A stretch of DNA of 55,807 bases from Octopus bimaculoides (GCF_001194135.2 NC_069004.1:19049682-19105488), one strand, 5' to 3'; shown: positions 10,856 to 22,668, counted from the first letter of the stretch. The notes: generated by a model from the sequence alone, not told the origin. A program made the numbers and translations.

Positions 10856-11813
10856 ATGCCACCAAAGAAAAGACGTAATTTCTCTATAGACAAGTATAAA
10901 GCAAGGAGGATTATAGAAAACCGAAGGCAAGAGTTTCGAAAGAAAGAGGAGATTAGACTTTCTCAACATCAGCAAAGGCGTGCTGCAGCACGTTGGATGG
11001 AGTTTCAAGCAGGGAAATGAGACTTTGTCAAGATCAGCAAGGGCATGCTGCAGCACGTTGGATGGAGTTTCAATACAGAAGCGAGATGAGACTTTCCCAA
11101 GATCAGCAAATTCATACTGCACACATCAAATGGAGTCTCAAGAGAGAAGCGAGATGAGACTTTCTCAAGATCAGCAAAGGCATGCTGTAACACTTAATAC
11201 TGAATCATTAAAACAACGTTTTAATGATTAGACAGAGGTCCAATAGAACAGCTCTCAGAAACAGACTACGAACAAATTCGTTCTCCACAACTTCTGGAGT
11301 TACTTTCAGATACTATCCATCCCATTCTTATAAAAATGATAATTTTGTCTAAATTTGTGTGCTAAACTCAAATGGTCATTTCTGCAAAGCATTAAAATTT
11401 CCAAATGAAACTAATGGCATGTGCTGCTCAGGCAGTAAGGTAAGATTGCTAGTACTACCAGCTCCTCCTCAACCTCTTATGGATTTTCTGGAAGGCACTT
11501 CCTTCCAGTCAGAGGATTTTCTGAACAATATCAGACAACTTTGCATTTCAAATGACATCGTTTGGTGCATCTAAGGATATAGTTGAACATGGATGTGCGC
11601 CGACGTGTAAAGTTCAAGAGCAAGTCTATCCCCTCATTGGTTCCCTGTTACCCGCAAAGGAACAACCACAGTTTCTCCAAATTTACTTTATGGGTGATGT
11701 AGGACAACAAACCCGAAAGACGTATCAGACTTCTTACGATTGGTCATGTTAGACGCAGCGCCGATGCCGCAAATGAGAATATATCCACTGACAGCTTTTT
11801 GATGCGTTCAAAN
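10856..11813 (+). pseudogene. Helitron RepHel N-terminal pseudogene fragment
   Basis: Starts MPPKKRR, followed by RLSQDQQRHA repeats, FCKALKFPNETNGMCCSGSKVRL, PPQPL, FLNNIRQ, MTSFG, PTCKVQEQVYPLIGSLLP and PQFLQIYF. These are the conserved motifs preceding the Rep domain. Frameshifted, and it runs into a gap. Confidence 0.9.
10951..11190 (+). repeat. Four ~65-69 bp tandem coding repeats inside the Helitron ORF
   Basis: AGACTTT anchors at 10955, 11020, 11089 and 11157. Confidence 0.9.
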
Positions 11814-12339
11814 NNNNNNNNNNNNNNNNNNNNNNNNNNNNNNNNNNNNNNNNNNNNNNNNNNNNNNNNNNNNNNNNNNNNNNNNNNNNNNNNNNNNNNN
11901 NNNNNNNNNNNNNNNNNNNNNNNNNNNNNNNNNNNNNNNNNNNNNNNNNNNNNNNNNNNNNNNNNNNNNNNNNNNNNNNNNNNNNNNNNNNNNNNNNNNN
12001 NNNNNNNNNNNNNNNNNNNNNNNNNNNNNNNNNNNNNNNNNNNNNNNNNNNNNNNNNNNNNNNNNNNNNNNNNNNNNNNNNNNNNNNNNNNNNNNNNNNN
12101 NNNNNNNNNNNNNNNNNNNNNNNNNNNNNNNNNNNNNNNNNNNNNNNNNNNNNNNNNNNNNNNNNNNNNNNNNNNNNNNNNNNNAAGCGCACACACTCTC
12201 ACACCTACACACTCACACACACACACATACAACGACACACACAACCACACACATATCAAAACTTTCTTGACCTTTACGAGGAAGTATTAAATTCCTTTAA
12301 CGAATTTTGCAGATCAAAAAGAGTTTGAGGAGAATGGCT

Positions 12340-12960
12340 GATTGGAAGAGAGAGGAGGGAGGGGGAGAGTGAGAAAGGGAGAGAGGCAGACATACAGAGA
12401 GTGATAATGAGAGAGGAAGAGAAAGAGAGTGAGATAGATGGACAGACAGAGGGACAGACAGGCAGACAGGTAGACAGACAGAATCACAGAAAAACTGTGA
12501 CAAAGATTAAGATGTGGACACCTTCAAAAAGGAAACTGACAATTGAATTGACCGGAAGAGAGAGAGAGAGACAGAGAGAGGGGGGATAGACAGACAGATA
12601 GAGAGAGATAGAGACAGAAGGACAGAGAGAAACAGAGAAACAGAGAGAGAGGGAAAGAAAGCGGGTAGAGAGGAGAAATAGAGAGGGGGAGAGAGAGAAA
12701 GAAAGGAGAGAGAGAAAAGAGAGGGAGAGAGGAGAGGGGAGGGGAGGGGAGACGGAGTAAAAGTAAGATAGACAGAAAGCGAGTGTGAATGTGTGTGTGT
12801 GTGTGTGAATGTGTGTGTGTGTGTGAGAACGAAACAGGAAATGCTACAGGAGAGTGTGAGTGAATGTCAGAGATGGAAAGAGAGAGAGAGAGAGAGGGGG
12901 GAGAGAGAGAGAGAGAGAGAGGTAGCGAGCAGAAATAGAGAGAATGAAAGAGAGATAGCA
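12340..12960. repeat. Purine-rich (GA)n/(GACA)n low-complexity tract
   Basis: Direct read. Confidence 0.9.
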
Positions 12961-13309
12961 GTGGGGTGACGACTGGAGTTGGAATGGTAGAGAAGTAAAA
13001 TGAATCAGGGTTAAATCTACGGCAAGGAATTAAGAGCGATAAAAGAAATCAGCGAAAACGATGAAATAAAGTACCAAAAAACAAAAGTACCAAACCAAGT
13101 ACCATACAGAGTACGGTACAAAGTATCATACAATGTATTGTAGTCGAAGTGATCTGGCGTTATGGGTTCCATTCCCGCTTACAGTCATTATACTGTAGCC
13201 GATGTAAGAATCTTGGAAGTGCAGTTGATTCTGTATGGGTCTCAAAGAAAACAGGAAAATAAGCAATAAATACACGAGCGAACCGTTAATCCCTACACAT
13301 TTCTTTTCC

Positions 13310-13500
13310 CTCTCCGTTTCTTTTTCTTTTTTTCTTTCTTTGTTTCGTTCTCTTTCCATATTTTTCCCCTCTTAATCCTTTCTGTCGAAGAGCGTAGGCT
13401 CGAAACGTCAAAAAGTTTCCCATTCTTCCCGAGCGTTAAACTATTACACTTGCTTGTTGTTCCTTCACTTATCTTCGTCTCTTGTTTTCTGCAAATTTAC
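13310..13500 (+). mobile_element. Penelope-type terminal repeat fragment with hammerhead-like motif
   Basis: CTGTCGA(13382-13388)-A-GAGC gtag GCTC-GAAAC-GTC-AAAA. The flank TTCCCGAGCGTTAAACTA is shared with the minus-strand copy at 15369-15530. Confidence 0.7.
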
Positions 13501-14404
13501 ATAATATACATAAATTACATAAATATATATACATTAATAAATAAATATATATATATATATATATNNNNNNNNNNNNNNNNNNNNNNNNNNNNNNNNNNNN
13601 NNNNNNNNNNNNNNNNNNNNNNNNNNNNNNNNNNNNNNNNNNNNNNNNNNNNNNNNNNNNNNNNNNNNNNNNNNNNNNNNNNNNNNNNNNNNNNNNNNNN
13701 NNNNNNNNNNNNNNNNNNNNNNNNNNNNNNNNNNNNNNNNNNNNNNNNNNNNNNNNNNNNNNNNNNNNNNNNNNNNNNNNNNNNNNNNNNNNNNNNNNNN
13801 NNNNNNNNNNNNNNNNNNNNNNNNNNNNNNNNNNNNNNNNNNNNNNNNNNNNNNNNNNNNNNNNNNNNNNNNNNNNNNNNNNNNNNNNNNNNNNNNNNNN
13901 NNNNNNNNNNNNNNNNNNNNNNNNNNNNNNNNNNNNNNNNNNNNNNNNNNNNNNNNNNNNNNNNNNNNNNNNNNNNNNNNNNNNNNNNNNNNNNNNNNNN
14001 NNNNNNNNNNNNNNNNNNNNNNNNNNNNNNNNNNNNNNNNNNNNNNNNNNNNNNNNNNNNNNNNNNNNNNNNNNNNNNNNNNNNNNNNNNNNNNNNNNNN
14101 NNNNNNNNNNNNNNNNNNNNNNNNNNNNNNNNNNNNNNNNNNNNNNNNNNNNNNNNNNNNNNNNNNNNNNNNNNNNNNNNNNNNNNNNNNNNNNNNNNNN
14201 NNNNNNNNNNNNNNNNNNNNNNNNNNNNNNNNNNNNNNNNNNNNNNNNNNNNNNNNNNNNNNNNNNNNNNNNNNNNNNNNNNNNNNNNNNNNNNNNNNNN
14301 NNNNNNNNNNNNNNNNNNNNNNNNNNNNNNNNNNNNNNNNNNNNNNNNNNNNNNNNNNNNNNNNNNNNNNNNNNNNACATACAGTAATATCTGTATATTA
14401 TATA

Positions 14405-14566
14405 GGCGCAGTCGTGGCTGTGTGGTTAGAAGTTTGCTCTCCAGCGACATGGATCCTGGTTCAGTCCCACTGCATGGCACCATAGGCAAGTGTCTTCTAC
14501 TATAGCATCGGGCCGACTAAAGCTTTGTAAGTGGATTTGGTAGGTCGAAACTGAAAGAAGCTCGTC
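14405..14566 (+). mobile_element. SINE family A 5' half
   Basis: Head and centre up to GAAAGAAGCTCGTC, then microsatellite and a family B insertion. Confidence 0.9.
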
Positions 14567-14610
<44 letters not shown>

Positions 14611-14611
<1 letters not shown>

Positions 14612-14918
14612 AAGGCGCGTGGCTTAGTGGTTAGAGCGTCGAACTTACGACCGTGAGGTTGTGAGTTCGAATCCCGGACCGGCCTGCGTGTTGTGTTCTT
14701 GCTCCAGTTTACTCAGCCGTAGAAATGAGTCGCGACGTCACTGGTGTCAAGCTGTATGGGCCTTTGCCTTTCCCTTGGAAAACGCTGGTGGCGTGGAGAG
14801 GGGAGGCTAGTATGCATGGGTGACTGCTGGTCTTCCATAAACAACCTTGCCTGGACTTGTGCCTGGGAGAGTAACTTTCTAGGTGCAATGCCATGGTCAT
14901 TCGTGACCGAAGGGGTCT
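14611..14918 (+). mobile_element. SINE family B head + CORE-like centre + tail Y
   Basis: A box TGGCTTAGTGG and B box GAGTTCGAATCCC. The tail CTAGGTGCAATGCCATGGTCATTCGTGACCGAAGGGGTCTC is also seen on the minus strand at 34929-34978. Confidence 0.9.
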
Positions 14919-14940
14919 CTGACATATATATATATATATA

Positions 14941-15103
14941 GGCGTAGGAGTGGCTGTGTGGTAAGTAGCTTGCTTACCAACCACATGGTCCCGGGTTCAG
15001 TCCCACTGCGTGGCATCTTGGGCAAGTGTCTTCTACTATAGCCTCGGGTCGACCAAAGCCTTGTGAGTGGATTCGGTAGACGGAAACTGAAAGAAACCCG
15101 TCT

Positions 15104-15148
<45 letters not shown>

Positions 15149-15356
15149 TTGTGTGTATGTGTTTGTCCCCAACATCGCTTGACAACCGATGCTGGTGTGT
15201 TTATGTCCCCGTAACTTAGCGGTTCGGCAAAAGAGACCGATAGAATAAGTACTAGGCTTCCAAAAAAATAAGTCCTGGGGTCGATTTGCTCGACTAAAGG
15301 CGGTGCTCCAGCATGGCCACAGTCAAAAGACTGAAACAAGTAAAAGAGTAAAAGAG
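14941..15356 (+). mobile_element. SINE family A, full length, least diverged copy
   Basis: All modules are present; it ends in TAAAAGAG repeats. Confidence 0.95.
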
Positions 15357-15368
15357 TATATATATATA

Positions 15369-15530
15369 GGGAAAATTCACAAAAACACAAAAGATGAAGA
15401 CAGGTGGTGTAGACAACAAGCAGATGTATTAGTTTAACGCTCGGGAAGTGAAAAAGTCTTTAACGTTTCGTGCCTAGGCTCTTCCACAGAAAGGAACACA
15501 GAAAGAAGCAGAAAGTACAAAAAAAAATCT
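15369..15530 (-). mobile_element. Penelope-type terminal repeat fragment with hammerhead-like motif
   Basis: Minus strand 15494-15457 reads CCTTT-CTGTGGA-A-GAGCCTAGGCAC-GAAAC-GTT-AAAGA. Confidence 0.7.
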
Positions 15531-15684
15531 TTTAGAAAGTACAAAAAAGTTAAGAAATGTTCTATCTGTCTATCTAGCTAGCTAACTAGATAGATAGATA
15601 GGTAGATATGAGCGGTACATAAGGTTACCCAGGGTTTCACGTTCATAAGCGCTTGGCTTTACATATGTCCTATCAGACTCTAAT

Positions 15685-15852
15685 AGCCGGCTTCTTTCAG
15701 TTTCCGTCTACCAAATCCACTCTCAAAACTTTGGTCGGCATGAAACTCTAAATAATATAAGGCACTTTCCCAAAGTGTCACGCATTGGTATTGAACACAG
15801 GACCATGCGGATAGAAAAGCATGGTTTTTACCACACAGCCACACCTGCGTCC
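15685..15852 (-). mobile_element. SINE family A 5' half
   Basis: Reverse complement of head and centre (TTTCAGTTTCCGTCTACCAAATCCAC...ACCACACAGCC). Confidence 0.85.
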
Positions 15853-16404
15853 ATATTAACATTTGTAGATACTTAGATGCATATCTACATTCACACTCAC
15901 ATATGCACGTTCATATACCCACAAAGAACACATTATTTGCGGATGTGTGCATGTGTGTGTGCATGCATGCGTCGGTGTGTGTTGTGTGTGCGCACGCGTG
16001 TGTGTGAGCGAGTAACGTGATCGATATTGTGTAAGTATAAAATGTCTTTGAGGTTTCGTGAAGAGGTTATATTATGAGTGAATCGAGTGAAAAGTAGTCG
16101 AGAAGTCATGTTGAAACGTTCAAACGTAATCAAGTGTTATTGTGAGAAAGAAATACTGTATTTTACTGGTCATTATGGCTGCCCATCTCTGCCCCCCCAC
16201 TTCTTTCACTCTTTCTCTCTTTTTTTTCTCTCTCTATTTCTCTTTTCCTCTTTCTTTCTCTCTTTCTCCTTCTCTCTCTTTTCCTCTTTCTTTCTCTCTT
16301 TCTCCTCTCTTCATACACGCACAAACTCGTGCGCGTGCACACACAAACACACGCACTTTATTGAGTATTGGCCAACCGATCTAGCAGTTTTACTGCTTCT
16401 CGAG

Positions 16405-16436
<32 letters not shown>

Positions 16437-16554
16437 TTAAGCTTAACACGTATGTATGTATGGATGGATGGATGGATGGATGCATGTGTATATTTATAAT
16501 TTGTATGTTTGTACATATGTACTTACGTACGCTTGTATATGTATATATATATAT

Positions 16555-16756
16555 ATTCTTTTATTCTTTTATTTGTTTCAGTCATTTGACTGCGACCATG
16601 CTGGAGCACTGCCTTTAGTCGAACAAATCGACCCCAGGACTTATTCTTTTTAAGCCTAGTTACTTATTCTTTTGGGTGTCTTTTGCGAACCGCTTAGTTA
16701 CGGGGATGTAAACACACCAGCATCGGTTGTCAAACAATTGTAGGGGGACAAAAACA
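16555..16756 (-). mobile_element. SINE family A 3' half
   Basis: TTGTTTCAGTCATTTGACTGCGACCATGCTGGAGCAC...CATCGGTTGTCAA. Confidence 0.9.
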
Positions 16757-17469
16757 TATATATGTATGTATATGAACCCAGGACCATATATANNNNNNNN
16801 NNNNNNNNNNNNNNNNNNNNNNNNNNNNNNNNNNNNNNNNNNNNNNNNNNNNNNNNNNNNNNNNNNNNNNNNNNNNNNNNNNNNNNNNNNNNNNNNNNNN
16901 NNNNNNNNNNNNNNNNNNNNNNNNNNNNNNNNNNNNNNNNNNNNNNNNNNNNNNNNNNNNNNNNNNNNNNNNNNNNNNNNNNNNNNNNNNNNNNNNNNNN
17001 NNNNNNNNNNNNNNNNNNNNNNNNNNNNNNNGTTCTTGTCTGTTTTCTGTCCAAGCTTGATTTACGCATTCGCCACCACAACCTCGTTTAGGCTTATCAG
17101 CCCTTCCTGTTTGTTTTTACTGTCCTGTTTGTGTTACCAATTTTGACTCTCTGCAAAATCTCAAATTTTATTTCATTTGCTTGGCGGGAGCAACTGTTTC
17201 ATCGAAAGCGTAACTTGTTGTTAAATGCTCGAAATACGAGACTAGAAAAACAGTAACAACTGATGAAGGGTCGTTCTTTGTGTTATTTGTCTTGTTTTCG
17301 ATTAGTTCATATTCCATGTACTCGTACTTAGTATTTTTGTTGTTGTTGTTGTACACGTTTCGTGACATCCTGTACATATATATATATACGTATAGATGTA
17401 TTTACTTATACGTATGTATATATGCATATATATAGATATATATATATTATCTAAATTATTGTATGATTG

Positions 17470-17516
17470 AACGCCACGCATCCTCTTCCAAGTAAGTTTT
17501 ATCCCTCTCTCTCTCT

Positions 17517-17552
<36 letters not shown>

Positions 17553-17745
17553 CGCGTGTGTATTGTTGGCGATTTTCTTTCTCCGTCTTCCCTTTTTAGG
17601 ACTTTTTCTATATTTCTGTTGAAGAGCTCCGCTCGAAACGTGGAATCCTCTTTCTTTTCTTTCCTTTCCTGAGCGTCCAATAACACAGTACTTGGTCCAC
17701 GTCCTCGCGTTGTTGTGTTTTCTTGCTTGTTCATGTTTGTTCATG
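17470..17745 (+). mobile_element. Penelope-type terminal repeat fragment with degenerate hammerhead motif
   Basis: CTGTTGA(17616-17622)-A-GAGC tcc GCTC-GAAAC-GTG. The cleavage-site base is G, so it is likely inactive. Confidence 0.6.
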
Positions 17746-17788
<43 letters not shown>

Positions 17789-17794
17789 CTCACT

Positions 17795-18016
17795 TTTTGC
17801 TCTCTTTTACTTGTTTCAGTCATTTAACTGTGACCATGCACACAACACACACACACTCACACACACGCACACACATACACACTGAGCAAATCGACATGAG
17901 GACTCATTCTTTGTACGCCTAGTACTTATTCTATCGGTCTCTTTTGCCGAACCGCTAAGTTACGGGGACTTAAACAGACCAGCATCGGTTGTCAAGCGAT
18001 GTTGGTGGGGACAAAC
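17795..18016 (-). mobile_element. SINE family A 3' half interrupted by (CA)n
   Basis: Homology to the family A tail. Confidence 0.85.
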
Positions 18017-20179
18017 ACAGACACACAAACACACACACACACACACGCGCACACACATATATATNNNNNNNNNNNNNNNNNNNNNNNNNNNNNNNNNNNN
18101 NNNNNNNNNNNNNNNNNNNNNNNNNNNNNNNNNNNNNNNNNNNNNNNNNNNNNNNNNNNNNNNNNNNNNNNNNNNNNNNNNNNNNNNNNNNNNNNNNNNN
18201 NNNNNNNNNNNNATAATTCATTTAAAATACAGAGATGCCTATAATAGGACATCTGACCCGCTAGAAAGAGCAGCAAAAAACTCTATACCACAAAAATAGG
18301 GATGATTTCAAAAGGGAATGAAAAATAAAAACATTTACCAATCTATATTCCGTACCATGGTTTCAAGTTATTTTAGCAAGATAAAAATATATCTCACAAG
18401 GTCACTATCTTCAGCGGAATAACCAGAACAGCATATAAACACGAGTCATAGGAAACATGGCTTATGCTTATATGCTTAATTTTTCAAAATATACCGCGTG
18501 TGTTTTCTCGTCTACGTTTTGTTTGCAATGTCCTGTACCCAGATATGCACCTATACATACAGGTGGATGTCGGTATGCACATACTCATTACACTATTTGT
18601 TTTTACATGACCGAACGCAGCGTCACCAATCCGTAAGTAGTTTTCGCAACTTTATATTTTCCGACGCTACACTATCTCTTTCTCATTCTCTTCCTCTTCA
18701 ATTTTTCCCCCTCTTGTTCTTCCTCTGTTTACTACTACGTATCTCTCTTTACCCCTCTCGTTCTTCCTCTGTTACTACTACGTATCTCCTTTTCCCCCCT
18801 CGTACTTCCTCTCTTCCTCTTTTTCTCTCGTTGCTCACCTATTCTTCTACTTCCTCCCTTTGTTTCTCCCTCTACCACTCTCTCTCTCTTCCCCTTACAC
18901 CGGCATGGTCACATGCTTCCGGTCAATAATCCTTTTCTTCCTTGGCTATCGCCGAGCAAACACGCGAACTTACTTCGTCCCCACTTTCAAGTTCGTGCCT
19001 CACAGCGTTCATACNNNNNNNNNNNNNNNNNNNNNNNNNNNNNNNNNNNNNNNNNNNNNNNNNNNNNNNNNNNNNNNNNNNNNNNNNNNNNNNNNNNNNN
19101 NNNNNNNNNNNNNNNNNNNNNNNNNNNNNNNNNNNNNNNNNNNNNNNNNNNNNNNNNNNNNNNNNNNNNNNNNNNNNNNNNNNNNNNNNNNNNNNNNNNN
19201 NNNNNNNNNNNNNNNNNNNNNNNNNNNNNNNNNNNNNNNNNNNNNNNNNNNNNNNNNNNNNNNNNNNNNNNNNNNNNNNNNNNNNNNNNNNNNNNNNNNN
19301 NNNNNNNNNNNNNNNNNNNNNNNNNNNNNNNNNNNNNNNNNNNNNNNNNNNNNNNNNNNNNNNNNNNNNNNNNNNNNNNNNNNNNNNNNNNNNNNNNNNN
19401 NNNNNNNNNNNNNNNNNNNNNNNNNNNNNNNNNNNNNNNNNNNNNNNNNNNNNNNNNNNNNNNNNNNNNNNNNNNNNNNNNNNNNNNNNNNNNNNNNNNN
19501 NNNNNNNNNNNNNNNNNNNNNNNNNNNNNNNNNNNNNNNNNNNNNNNNNNNNNNNNNNNNNNNNNNNNNNNNNNNNNNNNNNNNNNNNNNNNNNNNNNNN
19601 NNNNNNNNNNNNNNNNNNNNNNNNNNNNNNNNNNNNNNNNNNNNNNNNNNNNNNNNNNNNNNNNNNNNNNNNNNNNNNNNNNNNNNNNNNNNNNNNNNNN
19701 NNNNNNNNNNNNNNNNNNNNNNNNNNNNNNNNNNNNNNNNNNNNNNNNNNNNNNNNNNNNNNNNNNNNNNNNNNNNNNNNNNNNNNNNNNNNNNNNNNNN
19801 NNNNNNNNNNNNNNNNNNNNNNNNNNNNNNNNNNNNNNNNNNNNNNNNNNNNNNNNNNNNNNNNNNNNNNNNNNNNNNNNNNNNNNNNNNNNNNNNNNNN
19901 NNNNNNNNNNNNNNNNNNNNNNNNNNNNNNNNNNNNNNNNNNNNNNNNNNNNNNNNNNNNNNNNNNNNNNNNNNNNNNNNNNNNNNAATCTCTGTGTAAG
20001 TCTGTCTATGACAATGTCGGTGGTATGAGTGACGATGATGATGAAGATATTGATATTGATGGTTGTGGCGGCGGCGGTGTTGGTGGTGGTTGTAGTGATG
20101 GTGGTGGTGGTGGTGGTGCGTTTGCGGCTGCTGCTGCTGATAGGTGTGATGCTGGTTTCGACGATGGAGACGAAATTGA

Positions 20180-20310
20180 CTTCTATCTTTCCCTTCTTTT
20201 AAGTGTTGGACTACGGCCATGCTGGAGCATTCACTGCTAAATTGACCTCGGTACTTATCTTTTAAAGCCTGGTGTAATCCTATGGGCCTCTTTTGTCGCA
20301 CCACCAGCCT
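20180..20310 (-). mobile_element. SINE family A degenerate 3' fragment
   Basis: GGCCATGCTGGAGCA...GGTACTTAT..AAGCCTGGT. Confidence 0.6.
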
Positions 20311-20510
20311 CTGTGTATATGTATACGTTTATGTGTGTGTGTGTGTGCGCGCGCGCGTCTGTATGTCTGTCTGTCTGTCTGTATGTATGTATGTATGTAT
20401 GTATGTATATATGTGTGTGTGTGTGTGTGTGTATGCATGTATGTCTGTAACATGGCGAGAAGAGGAGTCTAAAAGTTCAGAAAGTTCAAAAGTCGTGGTA
20501 GATTAGAGCG

Positions 20511-20550
<40 letters not shown>

Positions 20551-20551
20551 G

Positions 20552-20585
<34 letters not shown>

Positions 20586-20734
20586 GCGAGAGAGAGAGAG
20601 GTAGAAAGAGGGAGAAAAGCAGGGAGAGAGAGACATGTGGGGAGAGTGTGTGGGAGTTGAGCGTATATCTTGCTTACGTTGCATACACAGTTTTGTATAT
20701 AAATATGTATCCCCCTATTTCTCCCTCTCTCTCC

Positions 20735-20769
<35 letters not shown>

Positions 20770-20815
20770 AATATATATACGTGTGTGTATATGTGTGTGC
20801 GTGCGAGTGTGTGTG

Positions 20816-21062
20816 GAAAGGCGTGGGTGTGATTCGGCTCACGATCGTAAGGTCGTGAGTTCAATTCCAGGCGACGCGTTGTGTCCTTCAGCAAGACATT
20901 TTATTACCCGTTGCTCCAGTCCACTCATCTGGCTAAAATGAGCACTACCAGCATTTCAAAGGGCCAGCCTTGTCACACTCTCTGTCAAGCTGAATCCTCT
21001 TGAGAACTACATGAAGGGTACGTGTGTTTGTGGAGTACTCAGCCACTTGCACATTAATTTCA
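20816..21062 (+). mobile_element. SINE family B + tail X, 3'-truncated
   Basis: Homologous to 1992-2308. Confidence 0.85.
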
Positions 21063-21096
21063 TAATCCAGTAACTGAAACAAATAGAAGAGAAAGA

Positions 21097-21479
21097 TTTT
21101 GCCTGCTTTAGCCACTGGTCTGCCGCCATGATAGGGCACTGAACCCAGCAATTATATTTTGTTAAGCCTGGTACTTATTTTATCGAACATTTTTGTCGAA
21201 CCACTAAGAAACACAGGGCTTCAGCAGAGCAACTCCGGTTATCAAGCGATGGTGGGGGACAAACTGAAGCACAAATATATAAACGCACGTGCACACACAC
21301 GCACACGCACACGCGATGGGCTTCTTTCAGTTTTCGTTCACCAGATCCACGCAAAGGTCTTTGGTCGGTGCCCGAGGCTATAGTGGAAGACACTTGTTCA
21401 AGGTGCCACGCAGTGGAACTGAACCCGGAACCATGTGGTTGAGAAGTAATCTTCTTACCAGACAGCTACGCTTGCGTCT
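21097..21479 (-). mobile_element. SINE family A, near full length
   Basis: Reverse-complement homology across head, centre, microsatellite and tail. Confidence 0.85.
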
Positions 21480-21502
21480 ATAAATAAAATATATTTATAT
21501 AT

Positions 21503-21633
21503 GGGGGCAGGCGTGGCTTTCCCAACCACATGGTTCAGGGTTCAGTCCCACTGCGTGGCACCTTGAGCAAGTGCCTTCTAATATAGCCTCGGGCCGACCA
21601 AAGTCTTGTGAATGGATTTGGTAGACGGAAACT
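21503..21633 (+). mobile_element. SINE family A 5' half running into a gap
   Basis: CCAACCACATGGTTCAGGGTTCAGTCCCACTGCGTGGCACCTTGAGCAAGTG...GGTAGACGGAAACT. Confidence 0.9.
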
Positions 21634-22544
21634 NNNNNNNNNNNNNNNNNNNNNNNNNNNNNNNNNNNNNNNNNNNNNNNNNNNNNNNNNNNNNNNNNNN
21701 NNNNNNNNNNNNNNNNNNNNNNNNNNNNNNNNNNNNNNNNNNNNNNNNNNNNNNNNNNNNNNNNNNNNNNNNNNNNNNNNNNNNNNNNNNNNNNNNNNNN
21801 NNNNNNNNNNNNNNNNNNNNNNNNNNNNNNNNNNNNNNNNNNNNNNNNNNNNNNNNNNNNNNNNNNNNNNNNNNNNNNNNNNNNNNNNNNNNNNNNNNNN
21901 NNNNNNNNNNNNNNNNNNNNNNNNNNNNNNNNNNNNNNNNNNNNNNNNNNNNNNNNNATTTAAATCTTCGAATTACGAAAAGGCAATGAACAGGGCAATA
22001 ACCTCTGAAACGTTCTGGCATTTTTCTCTCATTATATGCAATATACAGGAATTTCTGAGTACTATCAGCCAGGAATTTCAAAATACGAAAGCTGTGAACA
22101 GCCACGACCACCTGCCAAATGTTAGCAGCTAGGAAGAAAGAAAAGAAAAAAAGAAGAGATCTGATTTTACATTCTTTAATGGTTCGTTGACTTCGCTGCG
22201 CCATCGTTCTTGTCCCCCACCTCCGCCTCTTCATCATCATCATCATCGTCATCATCATCGTCATCAGCATCATCATCGTCGTCATTATCATCGTCATCAT
22301 CATCATCACCATCATCATTTTGCTAACATCATCATCGTCATACGGTCTAATTATAGTCCTCGTTATTGTCTCTCCGTATTTCTTTGATCTTCAAATAAGT
22401 TCTAATACCATGGTACATAAGCTTTAGTTTCAAATTCTTTTTAACAGATTAGGAACAGGAACCTAAGCAAATCATCATCATCATCACCATCATCATCATC
22501 AACAACAACAACAACAACAACAACATCATCACCATCATTATTAT

Positions 22545-22668
22545 TAACCGGCGGTCGATAAAATAAGTACCAGTGAAACACTGAGGTCGATGTAATCAAC
22601 TAGTCCCCTCCCCAAAAATTTCAGACCTTGTGTCTATAGTAGAAAGGATTATTGTTGTTATTTTCATG

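Noticed and set aside
14611-14690. tRNA gene (also 40499-40570 and 4614-4650)
   Set aside because: A and B boxes are present but there is no complete cloverleaf or acceptor stem, and each continues into SINE body. These are SINE heads.
17227-17275. Permuted (type II) hammerhead: GCTC-GAAA...CTGATGA-AGGG
   Set aside because: Stem II relies on two wobbles, and stems I and III cannot be formed.
22048-22135. Possible exons on either strand (GISEYYQPGISKYESCEQPRPP; AANIWQVVVAVHSF)
   Set aside because: Only one good splice site per strand and no recognisable homology.
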